Shown one piece after another: positions 31,171-40,422 of a stretch of DNA of 64,000 nt. The position numbers were made by a program, and so were the translations under genes. The stretch is from Pseudomonadota bacterium (GTDB lineage: Bacteria; Pseudomonadota; Gammaproteobacteria; Steroidobacterales; Steroidobacteraceae), in NCBI GenBank assembly GCA_021787615.1, contig JAJYLP010000001.1:22447-86446 (forward strand). Reading direction: 5' to 3'. Within the stretch, counting starts at the first letter, position 1. The number at the start of each line of letters is the position of its first letter. Below the pieces are notes generated by a model. The model had not been told where the DNA came from. It was given only the letters and a program-made list of their open reading frames with translations, and did no database searches.

Positions 31171-31701
31171 TCAGTCCGGCATCGGTGTCATGCGCGCGCC
31201 GAGGGCGTCCTCGAAGCCGAAATTGCGCAGGTCCTCGATGCGCTGCGGGTAGAGGATCCCGTCGAGGTGATCCACCTCGTGCTGCACGACGCGCGCGTGA
31301 AAGCCCTCGACCGTGCGCTCGATGGGCGCGCCGCGCGGGTCGTATCCGCGGTAACGCAGCCGCGTGTAGCGCGGCACCAGCCCGCGCAGTCCCGGCACCG
31401 ACAGGCACCCCTCCCAGCCCTCGGCCTGCTCGCTGCCGAGCGGTGTCAGCTCGGGATTGACCAGCACCGTGTAGGGCACCGGCGACACGTGCGGATAGCG
31501 TGGGTTGTCTGCGACCTCAAAGAGGACCACCCGCAGACGGACTCCGATCTGCGGTGCGGCGATTCCGGCGCCGTTCAGGGAGCGCATGGTGTCATCCATG
31601 TCGCGCACCAGCGCTTGCAGCTCGGCATCGAAACGCTCCACCGGGGCGGCCACCTGCCCGAGCAGCGGCTCGCCCATCTTCAACACCCGTCGGACGGTCA
31701 T
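31171..31701 (-). CDS. def: Peptide deformylase
   Basis: 176 aa with [16 protein letters not shown] and HEVDHLDG motifs. Confidence 0.9.
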   Translation of the reverse strand: MTVRRVLKMGEPLLGQVAAPVERFDAELQALVRDMDDTMRSLNGAGIAAPQIGVRLRVVLFEVADNPRYPHVSPVPYTVLVNPELTPLGSEQAEGWEGCLSVPGLRGLVPRYTRLRYRGYDPRGAPIERTVEGFHARVVQHEVDHLDGILYPQRIEDLRNFGFEDALGARMTPMPD

Positions 31702-31967
31702 CCGAGCTCTCCGCGCCGGAAACCTCGCCGTTCAGCGCGAGGAGGAGGAGGCGCCTGGGCGGGTGCTCTCGTGGTTGTTGACGGACGTCGAACGGCACGT
31801 ATTGCCGAACATCCGCGACAGGCATATCTAGCGCGCGGCACGTTCGCGTCGCTCCTGAGGCTGTTGCAAGTTGTGGTATTGCGGACGGCAAGTCGGGCGT
31901 GAAAATGCCCGCACGATGTATGCCGTTGGTCTTGTTTTTTGCCGCATCTCTCGAGGACAATGTCGCG

Positions 31968-32898
31968 ATGGCGCTGGCCTATCAGTATAGGATCAAAGAT
32001 GCCACCACCGCTCGGCATCTCGAGCGGCAGGCGCGCGGGGTGAACCGCGTGTGGAACGACTGCGGGGAGGCTCAGCACGCGGCTCGCTGCCACAACAGAC
32101 GCCGGCCCTCGGCCTTCGATCTGATCCGCCTCACCTGCGGCAGCAGCAAGCTCCCAGGACTGCGCTCGGACACGGTTCAGGCCGCGTGCGCCATTCGCGT
32201 GGACGGCGATGTGGCGATCGTCCTCGGACGGCGGTACCGGCGCTGGCTCAGTCGTCGGCTCGAAGGGAGGATGCGCTGCGGGTGCTTCGCCGAGGACGCC
32301 CGCGGCCGCTGGTACCTGAACCTGCAGGCCGAGTTCGCACAAGACAGCGCGTGTGGTACGGGGGAGGCGGGCATCGATCGGGGCCTTGCGTCCCTGGCGA
32401 GCCTCTCCACGGGAGAGAAGGTCGAGGCGCCGCACCGGTACCATCAGTACGAGCAGGCGCTCGGTGTTGCACAACGCGCCGCAGGCAAGCCCCGTGTGCG
32501 GGCCATCCACGCCAAGATCGCAAATTGCCGCCGCCACTTCCTGCACGAGGTCTGCAGCCGCCTCGTGCGCGAGAACGGCCGAATCGGCGTCGGCAACGTC
32601 AACGCGCAAGGTCTAGCCCGCACTGCCCTGGCCAAGTCCGTACTCGATGCCGGCTGGTCGCAACTCCGATCCCAGCCCCGCTACAAAGCCATCAGGCACG
32701 GGGCCGGGTCCATCGAGGTCGACGAGTGATTGACCAGGCAGGTCTGTTGTGCGTGCGGTGCGCGCGGCGGCCCACAAGCCCGAGAGGGCCTGGTGGTACA
32801 GAGAGTGGATCTGTTGCGGATGTGGTGCTCGGCACGACCGGGACGTCAACTGCGCGCTCAATATCCTCGTCTCGGGCCGGAACGTCGGCCTCCGGTAG
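31968..32898 (+). pseudogene. tnpB: Decayed solo TnpB (IS605 OrfB / IS1341-type RNA-guided nuclease), copy 1
   Basis: ORF 31899..32729 reads MALAYQYRIKD...RGVNRVWND...EDARGRWYLNLQ...GIDRGL...HAKIANCRRHFLHEV...KSVLDAGWSQL and stops at 32727. The zinc-finger/RuvC-III part continues in two other frames (QVCCACGARGGP...; REWICCGCGARHDRDVNCALNILVSGRNVGLR*, TAG at 32896). So there are at least two frameshifts. No TnpA is present. Confidence 0.75.
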
Positions 32899-32979
32899 AC
32901 GGAAATCCCCTCCCTGCAGGCAAGGGAAGACGTTAAGGGTGTACAGTACAATATTTCTTGTCATCGGGAGTGACGCCAG

Positions 32980-33822
32980 ATGTGGAACAAGACTGACCCG
33001 GAAGAGTCCTTCCGCAACAAGGTCATATGGGTGGCCGCCGGAGTCGTTGCGGCCGCATTGATCGGCGTCGGCGTCTACTACCGCTTCCACGGGACGCAGC
33101 GCGCGCCGGTGAGCACGCCCGTGCCGGCGCCCGCCCCGGCCGTCACCAGTGCTCCCACGCCGCTGCCGAGCGCTGCGCCGGCGATTCAGCACCCCGTTCC
33201 GGCGCAGGCGGCGCGCTCGAGCGCCAAACCGCTGCCGCCGCTCAATTACAGCGACGCGGCCATGCTCAGCGCGCTGGATGCGCTCATCGGCCATCCGGCG
33301 GTGGCGCACTTTCTGGTGCCGAAGAACATCATCCGGCGCATCGTGGTCACGGTGGACAACCTGCCGCGGGCCAAGGTCGCCGCGAATCTGCGCCCGGTCA
33401 AGCCGACCCCGGGGGAAACCATCGTCGACCGCCAGGGCGGGGTCGCCCTGCTCAGCCAGCGCAACTTCGCCCGCTACACGCCGTTCGTCGCGGTGGTGAG
33501 CCGCCTCAACGTCAAGGCGCTGGCGAGGCTCTATTTCCGGATGTATCCGCTGTTCCAACAGGCCTACGAAAGCCTCGGCTACCCCGGCAAGTACTTCAAC
33601 GACCGTCTGGTGCAGGCCATCGACAGTCTGCTCGCCACGCCCTCGGTGAGCACGCCGCCTACGCTCGAGCGGCCGAAGGTCTTCTGGCAGTTCGCCGACC
33701 CGAAGCTCGAGGCGCTGCCGGCCGGGCAGAAGCTCCTGATCCGCATGGGACCGCAGAACGCCGCCGTCATCGAGCACAAGCTCCGTCAGCTGCGCGCGCT
33801 GATCGCCAAGGCGCCGCAGTAA
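32980..33822 (+). CDS. DUF3014-like membrane-anchored protein
   Basis: 280 aa with a single N-terminal TM helix, a Pro/Ala-rich linker and a conserved C-domain (FLVPKNIIRRIVVTVDNLPR...YPLFQQAY). Confidence 0.7.
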   Translation: MWNKTDPEESFRNKVIWVAAGVVAAALIGVGVYYRFHGTQRAPVSTPVPAPAPAVTSAPTPLPSAAPAIQHPVPAQAARSSAKPLPPLNYSDAAMLSALDALIGHPAVAHFLVPKNIIRRIVVTVDNLPRAKVAANLRPVKPTPGETIVDRQGGVALLSQRNFARYTPFVAVVSRLNVKALARLYFRMYPLFQQAYESLGYPGKYFNDRLVQAIDSLLATPSVSTPPTLERPKVFWQFADPKLEALPAGQKLLIRMGPQNAAVIEHKLRQLRALIAKAPQ

Positions 33823-33838
33823 GCGGGCCCGTGGCGCC

Positions 33839-34297
33839 TCAGGCGCCTGCGCAGCGCTCGAGCTCCCGGCGCAACCGCACCGCCAGATCCCCGTGCGCGC
33901 CGGGATCGAACGGTGCGCCCGCCTGCCAGTCGTACGCCCAGGGGTGAGCGGTCCTCAGGCGCTCGGGCTCATCGGCGTAGCGGGGAATGACGTGCGCGTG
34001 CAGCGCCGGCTCGAGATTGCCGAGAATCGCATAGTTGATGCGCACCGCGCCGGTGACCGCGAGCACCGCATCGCCGAGGCGGGCCAGATCAAGGAGGAAG
34101 CGGGCGCGGGCGGCACCGTCGAGCGCATTGAGGCTCGGCACCACCGGATCGGGCAGCAGCAGCGTGTAACCGCGCAGGAACTGCCGCTCGCCCATCACCG
34201 CCCATCCAGACTCGAGCCGGGCGATCACCCGCGGCTCGCGCGCGGCGCGCGCGGCCTCGACCTGGCGGTGGATGGCGGTGACGGCCGTGCTCAACAC
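33839..34297 (-). CDS. HIT-family nucleotide hydrolase/transferase
   Basis: 152 aa with a histidine-triad block (ALHAHVIPRY). Confidence 0.75.
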   Translation of the reverse strand: MLSTAVTAIHRQVEAARAAREPRVIARLESGWAVMGERQFLRGYTLLLPDPVVPSLNALDGAARARFLLDLARLGDAVLAVTGAVRINYAILGNLEPALHAHVIPRYADEPERLRTAHPWAYDWQAGAPFDPGAHGDLAVRLRRELERCAGA

Positions 34298-34884
34298 TCG
34301 ACCTGCAGCGCGCGCAGCGCGCTCACCGTGGCGGCATGGCTGGCGTGCTCGATGGCGTGCCAGCCGCGGCCGCGCGCGGCACGCACATTCTCGGGGCGAT
34401 CGTCGATGAAGACGGTGTCGGCCGGCTCGAGCGCGAAGCGCCGCTCGGCCTCGGCGTAGATGAGCGCATCGGGCTTCATGACCCCCGCGAGATAAGACGG
34501 CAGCGCGCCGTGGCCGATGCGATGCAGCCCGTACTCGCGCGACAGATGCGCCCAGTGCAGATCGCCGATGTTCGAGAGCAGGTACACCCGGTAGCGCTCG
34601 CTCAGGCCGTGCGCGAGCTGCACCATCGACGGCTGCAGCTCGAACATGTCCACCCAGCGCTCATGCGCGGCATCGAGATCGACCGGCTCGCGCGCGAGGC
34701 CGGCGAAGCGTGCGAGCAGATCGCGCCCGGCGAGCCGCCCGCACTCGTGCTCGTGCAGCTCGACGCGTGTCAGCACCGAGTGCAGATCGGGGACCTCGGC
34801 CCCGTGCGCGCGCAGGAACTCGAGAAACGGCGTGCTGTCGAGGTGCACGAACACCCAGCCGATATCGAAGACGATGTTACGCAT
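34291..34884 (-). CDS. HAD-superfamily hydrolase
   Basis: 197 aa with N-terminal IVFDIGWV (DxG-type motif I), SN (motif II) and a C-terminal FIDDRPENV (motif IV). Confidence 0.7.
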   Translation of the reverse strand: MRNIVFDIGWVFVHLDSTPFLEFLRAHGAEVPDLHSVLTRVELHEHECGRLAGRDLLARFAGLAREPVDLDAAHERWVDMFELQPSMVQLAHGLSERYRVYLLSNIGDLHWAHLSREYGLHRIGHGALPSYLAGVMKPDALIYAEAERRFALEPADTVFIDDRPENVRAARGRGWHAIEHASHAATVSALRALQVEC

Positions 34885-34920
34885 CAGGCGGTTGACTCCC
34901 TCCGGTTCGTGCGCGGCGGA

Positions 34921-36102
34921 TCACAGCGGAAATGGCATCACCATCCCGGTATCCCCCGGGGTCAGGTTCACCGCCACCACGGTGGCCTTGGGGAAGAAGT
35001 TGAACTCCGAGGCGCTCGCCCAGGTGTAGGCGCCCATGGCGCGCCCGATGATCAGGTCGCCGGCCTCGAGCTTCGGCAGCAGCAGGTTCTCGGCGATCAC
35101 ATCGATGCTGTCGCAGGTGGGGCCCGCGAGCACCGAGGGCAACCGCTCATCGGAGTCCTTCAGCGGCTCGACCGGATAGCGCGCGTGATCGTAGAGCTGC
35201 CCGCTGTAGGAGCCGTACAGGCCGTCATCGAGGTAATACCACCAGTGCCCTTCCCGGCGCGCGCGCCCCATGACGGACGCCACGCCGATCGCGGCGGGTC
35301 CCACGATGAAGCGGCCGGGCTCGGCGATCACCCGCACGCGCTTGGGCAGCTCATCGAGCGCGACGCGCAGCGGCTCGCAGAAGCGCTCGATGTCCTGCAC
35401 CGGCTGCGTGTAGTCGATCGGAAAGCCCCCGCCGATGTCGAGCGTGTCGAGCGCGCCCAGCTTGCGTCGCCGGCCCGCGGCCATCAGGCGGGCGCAGGCG
35501 TGCAGCGCCTCGACGTGCTTGGCCGAGTCGCCGGCCTGCGAGCCGACGTGAAACGACAGTCCGCGCACCGTGATGCCGAGCTCGGCGGCGAGCCGCGCAA
35601 GCGCCAGGGCATCCTCCGGGTCGCAGCCGAACTTGCGCGACAGGTCGCACACCGCCCCGGGACTGCGGAACGAGACGCGCAGCAGAAGCTCGGCGCGGTC
35701 CGTGAAGCGCTCGAACTTGCGCACCTCGTCGGGATTGTCGGCCACGAACGTGCGCACGCCGAACTCGAGCGCATTGCGGATGTCCTGCGGGCGCTTGATC
35801 GGATGGGTGTGGATGCAGCGCGCCGGATCGACGCCGAGGCGCCGGGCGAGCTGCACCTCGCCGCTCGTGGCCAGATCGAGAAAGCCGCCCTCGGCGAGCA
35901 CGGTCTGCACCACCGCCGCGTGCGGCATGGGCTTCAGCGCGTAGTGCAGGTCCACCCGCCCGAGCGCCGCGCGCAGCTTGCGGTACTGCACGCGCACCCG
36001 CTCGCAGTCGAGAATGATGAGCGGCGAGCCGAACTGGTGCACCAGCCGGCGCACTTCGGCCGGCTGGAACGGATCGACGAACCGATTGCGTCTGACACTC
36101 AT
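34921..36102 (-). CDS. Type III PLP-dependent ornithine/lysine/arginine decarboxylase
   Basis: Internal ATG (MSVRRNRFV...) of ORF 34921..36603, with HYALKPMP (PLP lysine), LSFHVGSQ, DIGGGFP, EPGRF and GPTCDSID. Confidence 0.85.
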   Translation of the reverse strand: MSVRRNRFVDPFQPAEVRRLVHQFGSPLIILDCERVRVQYRKLRAALGRVDLHYALKPMPHAAVVQTVLAEGGFLDLATSGEVQLARRLGVDPARCIHTHPIKRPQDIRNALEFGVRTFVADNPDEVRKFERFTDRAELLLRVSFRSPGAVCDLSRKFGCDPEDALALARLAAELGITVRGLSFHVGSQAGDSAKHVEALHACARLMAAGRRRKLGALDTLDIGGGFPIDYTQPVQDIERFCEPLRVALDELPKRVRVIAEPGRFIVGPAAIGVASVMGRARREGHWWYYLDDGLYGSYSGQLYDHARYPVEPLKDSDERLPSVLAGPTCDSIDVIAENLLLPKLEAGDLIIGRAMGAYTWASASEFNFFPKATVVAVNLTPGDTGMVMPFPL

Positions 36103-37103
36103 GGCGCCTCCCCCTGCGCGTTCACCTCCGCGGACGCGGTGCCGGCGGCCGCACGGCGCAGCCGGTCGCGAATCGCTGCCCAGGCTTCCCCGTCGGGCAC
36201 ATCCTGCACCAGGATGCGCTCGCACCGGCTCTTGTCGAGCGTGCGCAAATGCGCGTAGAGGTCGTGGCCGTACTGCTGCGCACGCATGCCGGCGTTGATC
36301 CAGCTCACCCCCGGCTGCGCGGCGAGCGGCGCCCGCCAGGCGAGCACCGCCACCCGCCGGCCGCCCGCGGCGAGCGCCGCGCTGCGCGCGTCGATCTGAC
36401 CGGCGGGGACGATGGTGAGCGGCGTCGAGGGCGCGTAATGCGCCGCCGTGCTGCCCGGCACGCGCGGCGATGCCGGATCGGCGCCGATGCGGAGGTCTTC
36501 GACGAGCGCGCGGATCTGACCGGCCGTGATCCGGCCGGGCCGCAGTAACCGTGTACTGCCGTCCTGGAACGCGACGATGGTCGACTCCAGCCCGATCGGG
36601 CAATCCCCGCCATCGAGCACCACCCTGACCGCATCGCCGAGCTCCTCGCGCACGTGCTCGGCACGGGTCGGGGAGAGGCGCCCGTAGCGATTGGCGGAGG
36701 GCGCGGCGATGCCGCCGCGGAAGGCCGCGAGCAGCTGCTGCGCCACCGGGTGCGCCGGCACGCGCAGAGCCACCGTGTCCTGAGCGCCGGTCACGCTGTC
36801 ATCGACCCCGGCGGCGCGGGGCAGCACCAGAGTGAGCGGTCCGGGCCAGAAGTGCTCGGCCAGCCGCCGCGCCTCGGGAGGCACCTGCCGTGCCCACTCG
36901 GGCAGCTGCGCGATATCGCCGAGGTGCACGATCACCGGATGGCGCGCGGGGCGCCCCTTGACCTCGAAGATGCGGCGCACCGCGGCCGGATTGCGCGCAT
37001 CGGCGCCGAGCCCGTAGACCGTCTCCGTCGGAAACGCGACCAGCTCGCCGGCGCGCAGCGCGCGCACCGCGGCCTCGAGATCCGCCGGTGCCACTCGCCC
37101 CAT
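36099..37103 (-). CDS. tsaC: L-threonylcarbamoyladenylate synthase (YrdC plus Sua5 domains)
   Basis: 334 aa with FPTETVYGLGADA, KGRPARHPVIVH and a C-terminal Sua5 domain. Confidence 0.9.
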   Translation of the reverse strand: MGRVAPADLEAAVRALRAGELVAFPTETVYGLGADARNPAAVRRIFEVKGRPARHPVIVHLGDIAQLPEWARQVPPEARRLAEHFWPGPLTLVLPRAAGVDDSVTGAQDTVALRVPAHPVAQQLLAAFRGGIAAPSANRYGRLSPTRAEHVREELGDAVRVVLDGGDCPIGLESTIVAFQDGSTRLLRPGRITAGQIRALVEDLRIGADPASPRVPGSTAAHYAPSTPLTIVPAGQIDARSAALAAGGRRVAVLAWRAPLAAQPGVSWINAGMRAQQYGHDLYAHLRTLDKSRCERILVQDVPDGEAWAAIRDRLRRAAAGTASAEVNAQGEAP

Positions 37104-37124
37104 CGTCGTCCTCCGCCGCGCCGC

Positions 37125-40031
37125 TCACGGCAGCGCGCGGCGCACCCAGCCGTGCGGCGTGCGCAGCAGCTCGTAGGCCGGCCAATAGTGATCGTCGAGC
37201 GTCAGGGTGATCACCTGCGGCGCATTGTTCCAGCCGAGGGTGGTGATGCGCACCGAGGCGTGATCGGGCCGCCCCGCCACGGTGCTCAGGAACGCATCCA
37301 GGTTGGGCGTCGGCTTGCCGTTGACGGCGACGATCCGCAGTCCCGCGTACAGCCCGTAGCGGGCCGCGGGCGAGCCGTAGTCGAAATCATCGACGTACAC
37401 GCCGTAGGGCGGCACGCCCCGCTGCGCCAGCATGGAGTGGAACGGGGTCTGCAGCGTCGCGCCCGCCCACTCCACCACGCGGTGCAGGCGAGTACCGGAG
37501 AGCACCACGGTCGGCACGGTCAGCGTCAGGGCCTGCTGGCCGCGCCAGATCGTCAGGCGCACCCGGCTGCGATCCGCGGTGGCCCGCTCGACCTGCTCGA
37601 AGCGCGTCACGACGTGCCCATCGATGGCGAGCAGCAGGTCACCGGGCTCGAGCAGTCGGGCCGCCGGCGAGCCGCCGGTGGTGCGGATCACCGTCAGCAC
37701 GACACGCCGCGTGCCGCTGTGCGCGGCGAGCCGCGCGGTCCAGCTGGGCGCGAGTCCGATCAGCTGCGCGCTCGCGAGCGGTGTGAGCGCAAGCTCGACG
37801 TCGAGCGAATGCAGCGGCTGGTCGCTGCGCATCCGTTCGATCATGTCGCGCACCGGGGCGATCGGCACGCCCTGCAGGTCCTGGCCCACGCCGTTCGCGG
37901 TGTCGAAGGCGAAGCTCGACCACAGTCCGAGCACCGCGCCGCGCCGGTTCACCAGCACGCCATCGAAGTTGCTCGGCGGATTGACCAGCTGGATGCTCTC
38001 GATGTTGGTGTCGCGGAAGCGCATGGTGCGCGACAGCGGCAGCTCGAGCGGCTCGATGCTCGAGACCTGGGTGGAGCGCAAGTGCAGATCGTTGTCAGCG
38101 GCGATGCCGACCACCTCGATCGGCTCGCCCGCCTCCAGGCGCTGCGGCGCGAGGTCCGCCGAGCGCACCGGCGTCGAGCCGATGAGGCGCGGGTCGTACG
38201 CGACCACGGCGAGATTGTGAATGGGGCTGACGTACACCACCCGGCCGGGCACCTGCAGCGTGCCGGCGAAGGTGATCGTGACGTCCCCGAGGGAGACCGG
38301 CACCGTGTTGCGGTCCACCACCACCCAGCCGCGCTTGGCGTCCACCACCAGGCCCGTGCCGTGGTAGTAGTGCTCGGTCACGCCGGAGACCGAGTACGGC
38401 ATGCTGAAGGTCACCGACACGAGCGAGTGCGAGAGGCGCGTGAGCAGCGGATTGCGATAGACCGGGAAGCGCGTCGAGGTCCCCGGGCGGGGCTGGGGCG
38501 GCGGTCCGGGCGGCAGCGCCGTGCACGGCCAGATGCCGAGCTTGTCGTTGCGCACGCAGTACTCGGCCGGGAACCAGCGCCGATCCATGCGGAAGTAGGC
38601 AAGCTGGGTGCTGTTCGGATCGTTGGCGACGGTGAATCGCACGGTGGCGTACTCGCCGTCGGCGAGCCGCCCGAGCGCGCGGCGGAAGTCCTGCAGAGTG
38701 TCGATCGGCCAGGAGTCCACGGCGTGGATAACCGCTCCGCGCGGCACGCCGGCGGCCCCGAACACGTAGCCGGGATTGGCGACCCATACTCCGCGCGGCG
38801 GCACGTTCAGCTGCAGCGCCATCTGGTATGAGAGGGTGTTGAGCACCGCGTTGCCGAACTGCACGTAGGCGCTCGGCGTGATGGCGTTGAGGTTGCCGAC
38901 CGGCAGCCTCACGGAGATCTTCTGTCCGCCGCGCTCGAGCTCGAGGGTGATCTGGCGCTCCACCGAATCATCCAGAATGCGCTCGAGCGGCTGGAAAGTC
39001 GTCACGTACCGGCCGTTGACGCGCACCAGCACGTCGCCGGGCTCGAGCACCCGGGCGCTCGGCGAGCCGGTCAACACGGTGCTCACCACCAGCATCCCGG
39101 TCCGCTGCGGATACGCCTTGCGCACCGCCACCTCGACCCGGCGCGGCAGCCCAAGCCGTTCGAGCTCATCGAACGGCCTGTAATGGAAGATCGTGTACAG
39201 CGTCCCGCGTGTCACGGGCCGGTTCCGCTCGATCCGCCGCAGCGCCCGCTGCACCGCCCAGAGCGGCAGGTAGAAGCTCGAGGCGGCGTTGTTGGCGCCG
39301 CCGGCATTGAGCGCCACCACGTGGCCGCGGATGTCGATGACCGGGGAGCCGGAGGAGCCGCCCGAGGTCCCGGAGGCCGCCTGCAGGTAGAACGTGTTGA
39401 AGTCGTTGTAGTTGCCGAACCCGTAGTCCGGCGCGCGGCGGTGCAGCCGCGCGAGCGTGCCGGCGAGGATCGACAGCTGCTCCCCGGCGTTGTTGCCGAT
39501 GACGCGGATCTCGCGCCCGACGCGTGCGCCCGCCGGATCGAGCTCGAGCGCCTTGGGGTGGATGAAGTGCAGCTTCTTCGGATCGAAGCGGTAAAAACCG
39601 AAGTCATGGACCGGATCGCGGTAGATCGGATAGATCGGGATCTGCTCGCGGTCGAGGAAGGTGGCCGTGGCCGTCACCGGCCCCGGCGTGACCACATGGC
39701 GGTTGGTGAGGATGATGCCGCGCTTGGCGTCGACCACGAAGCCGGTGGCCTCGGCCGTTTCGTTGACGTCGGTATCGAAGGCGCGATCCTGGCTGAAGTT
39801 GATCGCCACGACGCTGCTCGCCACGCGCCCAAGCGTCGCGGCCCAGGTCGGGTTGGACTCGAGCGCGGCGGCCTGACGGGCCAGGTGAGCCGCGACGGCC
39901 GTGCCGCCCGGCAGCGGCGGCCGCGGCGGCCCCGCCGCACGGGCGAGCGCGAAGCCGGTCAGGCTGACCGGCGGGACAAGAAGAAGCAGGCACAGCAGTC
40001 GCACGGATCGCATCGGTCCCCCGATTGACAT
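37125..40031 (-). CDS. Secreted tandem HtrA-type serine protease with PDZ-like domains (Nma111/Deg7-like architecture)
   Basis: 968 aa with a signal-like N-terminus. The active first half carries TNRHVV (His), YRDPVHDFGF (Asp) and SGGSSGSPV (Ser). The second, protease-like half lacks the His and Ser (VVVDRNTV, SNFDGVLVNRRGAVLGLW). An alternative start is at 40013. Confidence 0.8.
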   Translation of the reverse strand: MSIGGPMRSVRLLCLLLLVPPVSLTGFALARAAGPPRPPLPGGTAVAAHLARQAAALESNPTWAATLGRVASSVVAINFSQDRAFDTDVNETAEATGFVVDAKRGIILTNRHVVTPGPVTATATFLDREQIPIYPIYRDPVHDFGFYRFDPKKLHFIHPKALELDPAGARVGREIRVIGNNAGEQLSILAGTLARLHRRAPDYGFGNYNDFNTFYLQAASGTSGGSSGSPVIDIRGHVVALNAGGANNAASSFYLPLWAVQRALRRIERNRPVTRGTLYTIFHYRPFDELERLGLPRRVEVAVRKAYPQRTGMLVVSTVLTGSPSARVLEPGDVLVRVNGRYVTTFQPLERILDDSVERQITLELERGGQKISVRLPVGNLNAITPSAYVQFGNAVLNTLSYQMALQLNVPPRGVWVANPGYVFGAAGVPRGAVIHAVDSWPIDTLQDFRRALGRLADGEYATVRFTVANDPNSTQLAYFRMDRRWFPAEYCVRNDKLGIWPCTALPPGPPPQPRPGTSTRFPVYRNPLLTRLSHSLVSVTFSMPYSVSGVTEHYYHGTGLVVDAKRGWVVVDRNTVPVSLGDVTITFAGTLQVPGRVVYVSPIHNLAVVAYDPRLIGSTPVRSADLAPQRLEAGEPIEVVGIAADNDLHLRSTQVSSIEPLELPLSRTMRFRDTNIESIQLVNPPSNFDGVLVNRRGAVLGLWSSFAFDTANGVGQDLQGVPIAPVRDMIERMRSDQPLHSLDVELALTPLASAQLIGLAPSWTARLAAHSGTRRVVLTVIRTTGGSPAARLLEPGDLLLAIDGHVVTRFEQVERATADRSRVRLTIWRGQQALTLTVPTVVLSGTRLHRVVEWAGATLQTPFHSMLAQRGVPPYGVYVDDFDYGSPAARYGLYAGLRIVAVNGKPTPNLDAFLSTVAGRPDHASVRITTLGWNNAPQVITLTLDDHYWPAYELLRTPHGWVRRALP

Positions 40032-40035
40032 TGCG

Positions 40036-40422
40036 CTAACGGCCGAGCAGCACCAGCAGCCACAGCACCGCGAGCAGGACGAACGACATCAGCACGGCGG
40101 CCGAGCCGATGTCCTTGGCAAGACCGGCGAGCGCATGGCGCTCGAGTCCGATGCGATCGACGGTCGCCTCGATGGCGCTGTTGATCAGCTCCACCACCAG
40201 AATCAGCAGGACCGGAGCGGCGAGCAGCGCCCGCTGCGTGCCGTCGTGCCCGAGCCACAGCGCGAGCGGCATCGCCAGCGCCGCAAACGCCAGCTCCTGG
40301 CGAAACGCCGCCTCCTCCCGAAACGCCCCGGCGAGGCCCCGCCAGCTCGCGCCGCAGGCGCGCAGCACCCGGGTGAGGCCCCGCGGCTTGTATCGGTCAA
40401 TCGCTATCGGGCTGGTTTCCAC
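40036..40422 (-). CDS. dgkA: Diacylglycerol kinase
   Basis: 128 aa with three TM helices, EAAFRQEL and [17 protein letters not shown]. Confidence 0.88.
   Translation of the reverse strand: METSPIAIDRYKPRGLTRVLRACGASWRGLAGAFREEAAFRQELAFAALAMPLALWLGHDGTQRALLAAPVLLILVVELINSAIEATVDRIGLERHALAGLAKDIGSAAVLMSFVLLAVLWLLVLLGR

Noticed and set aside
34336-38831. 640-aa and 725-aa plus-strand ORFs (34336..36258 and 36654..38831)
   Set aside because: They are antisense to the HAD, ODC, tsaC and protease genes. No motifs are present, so they are GC artefacts.
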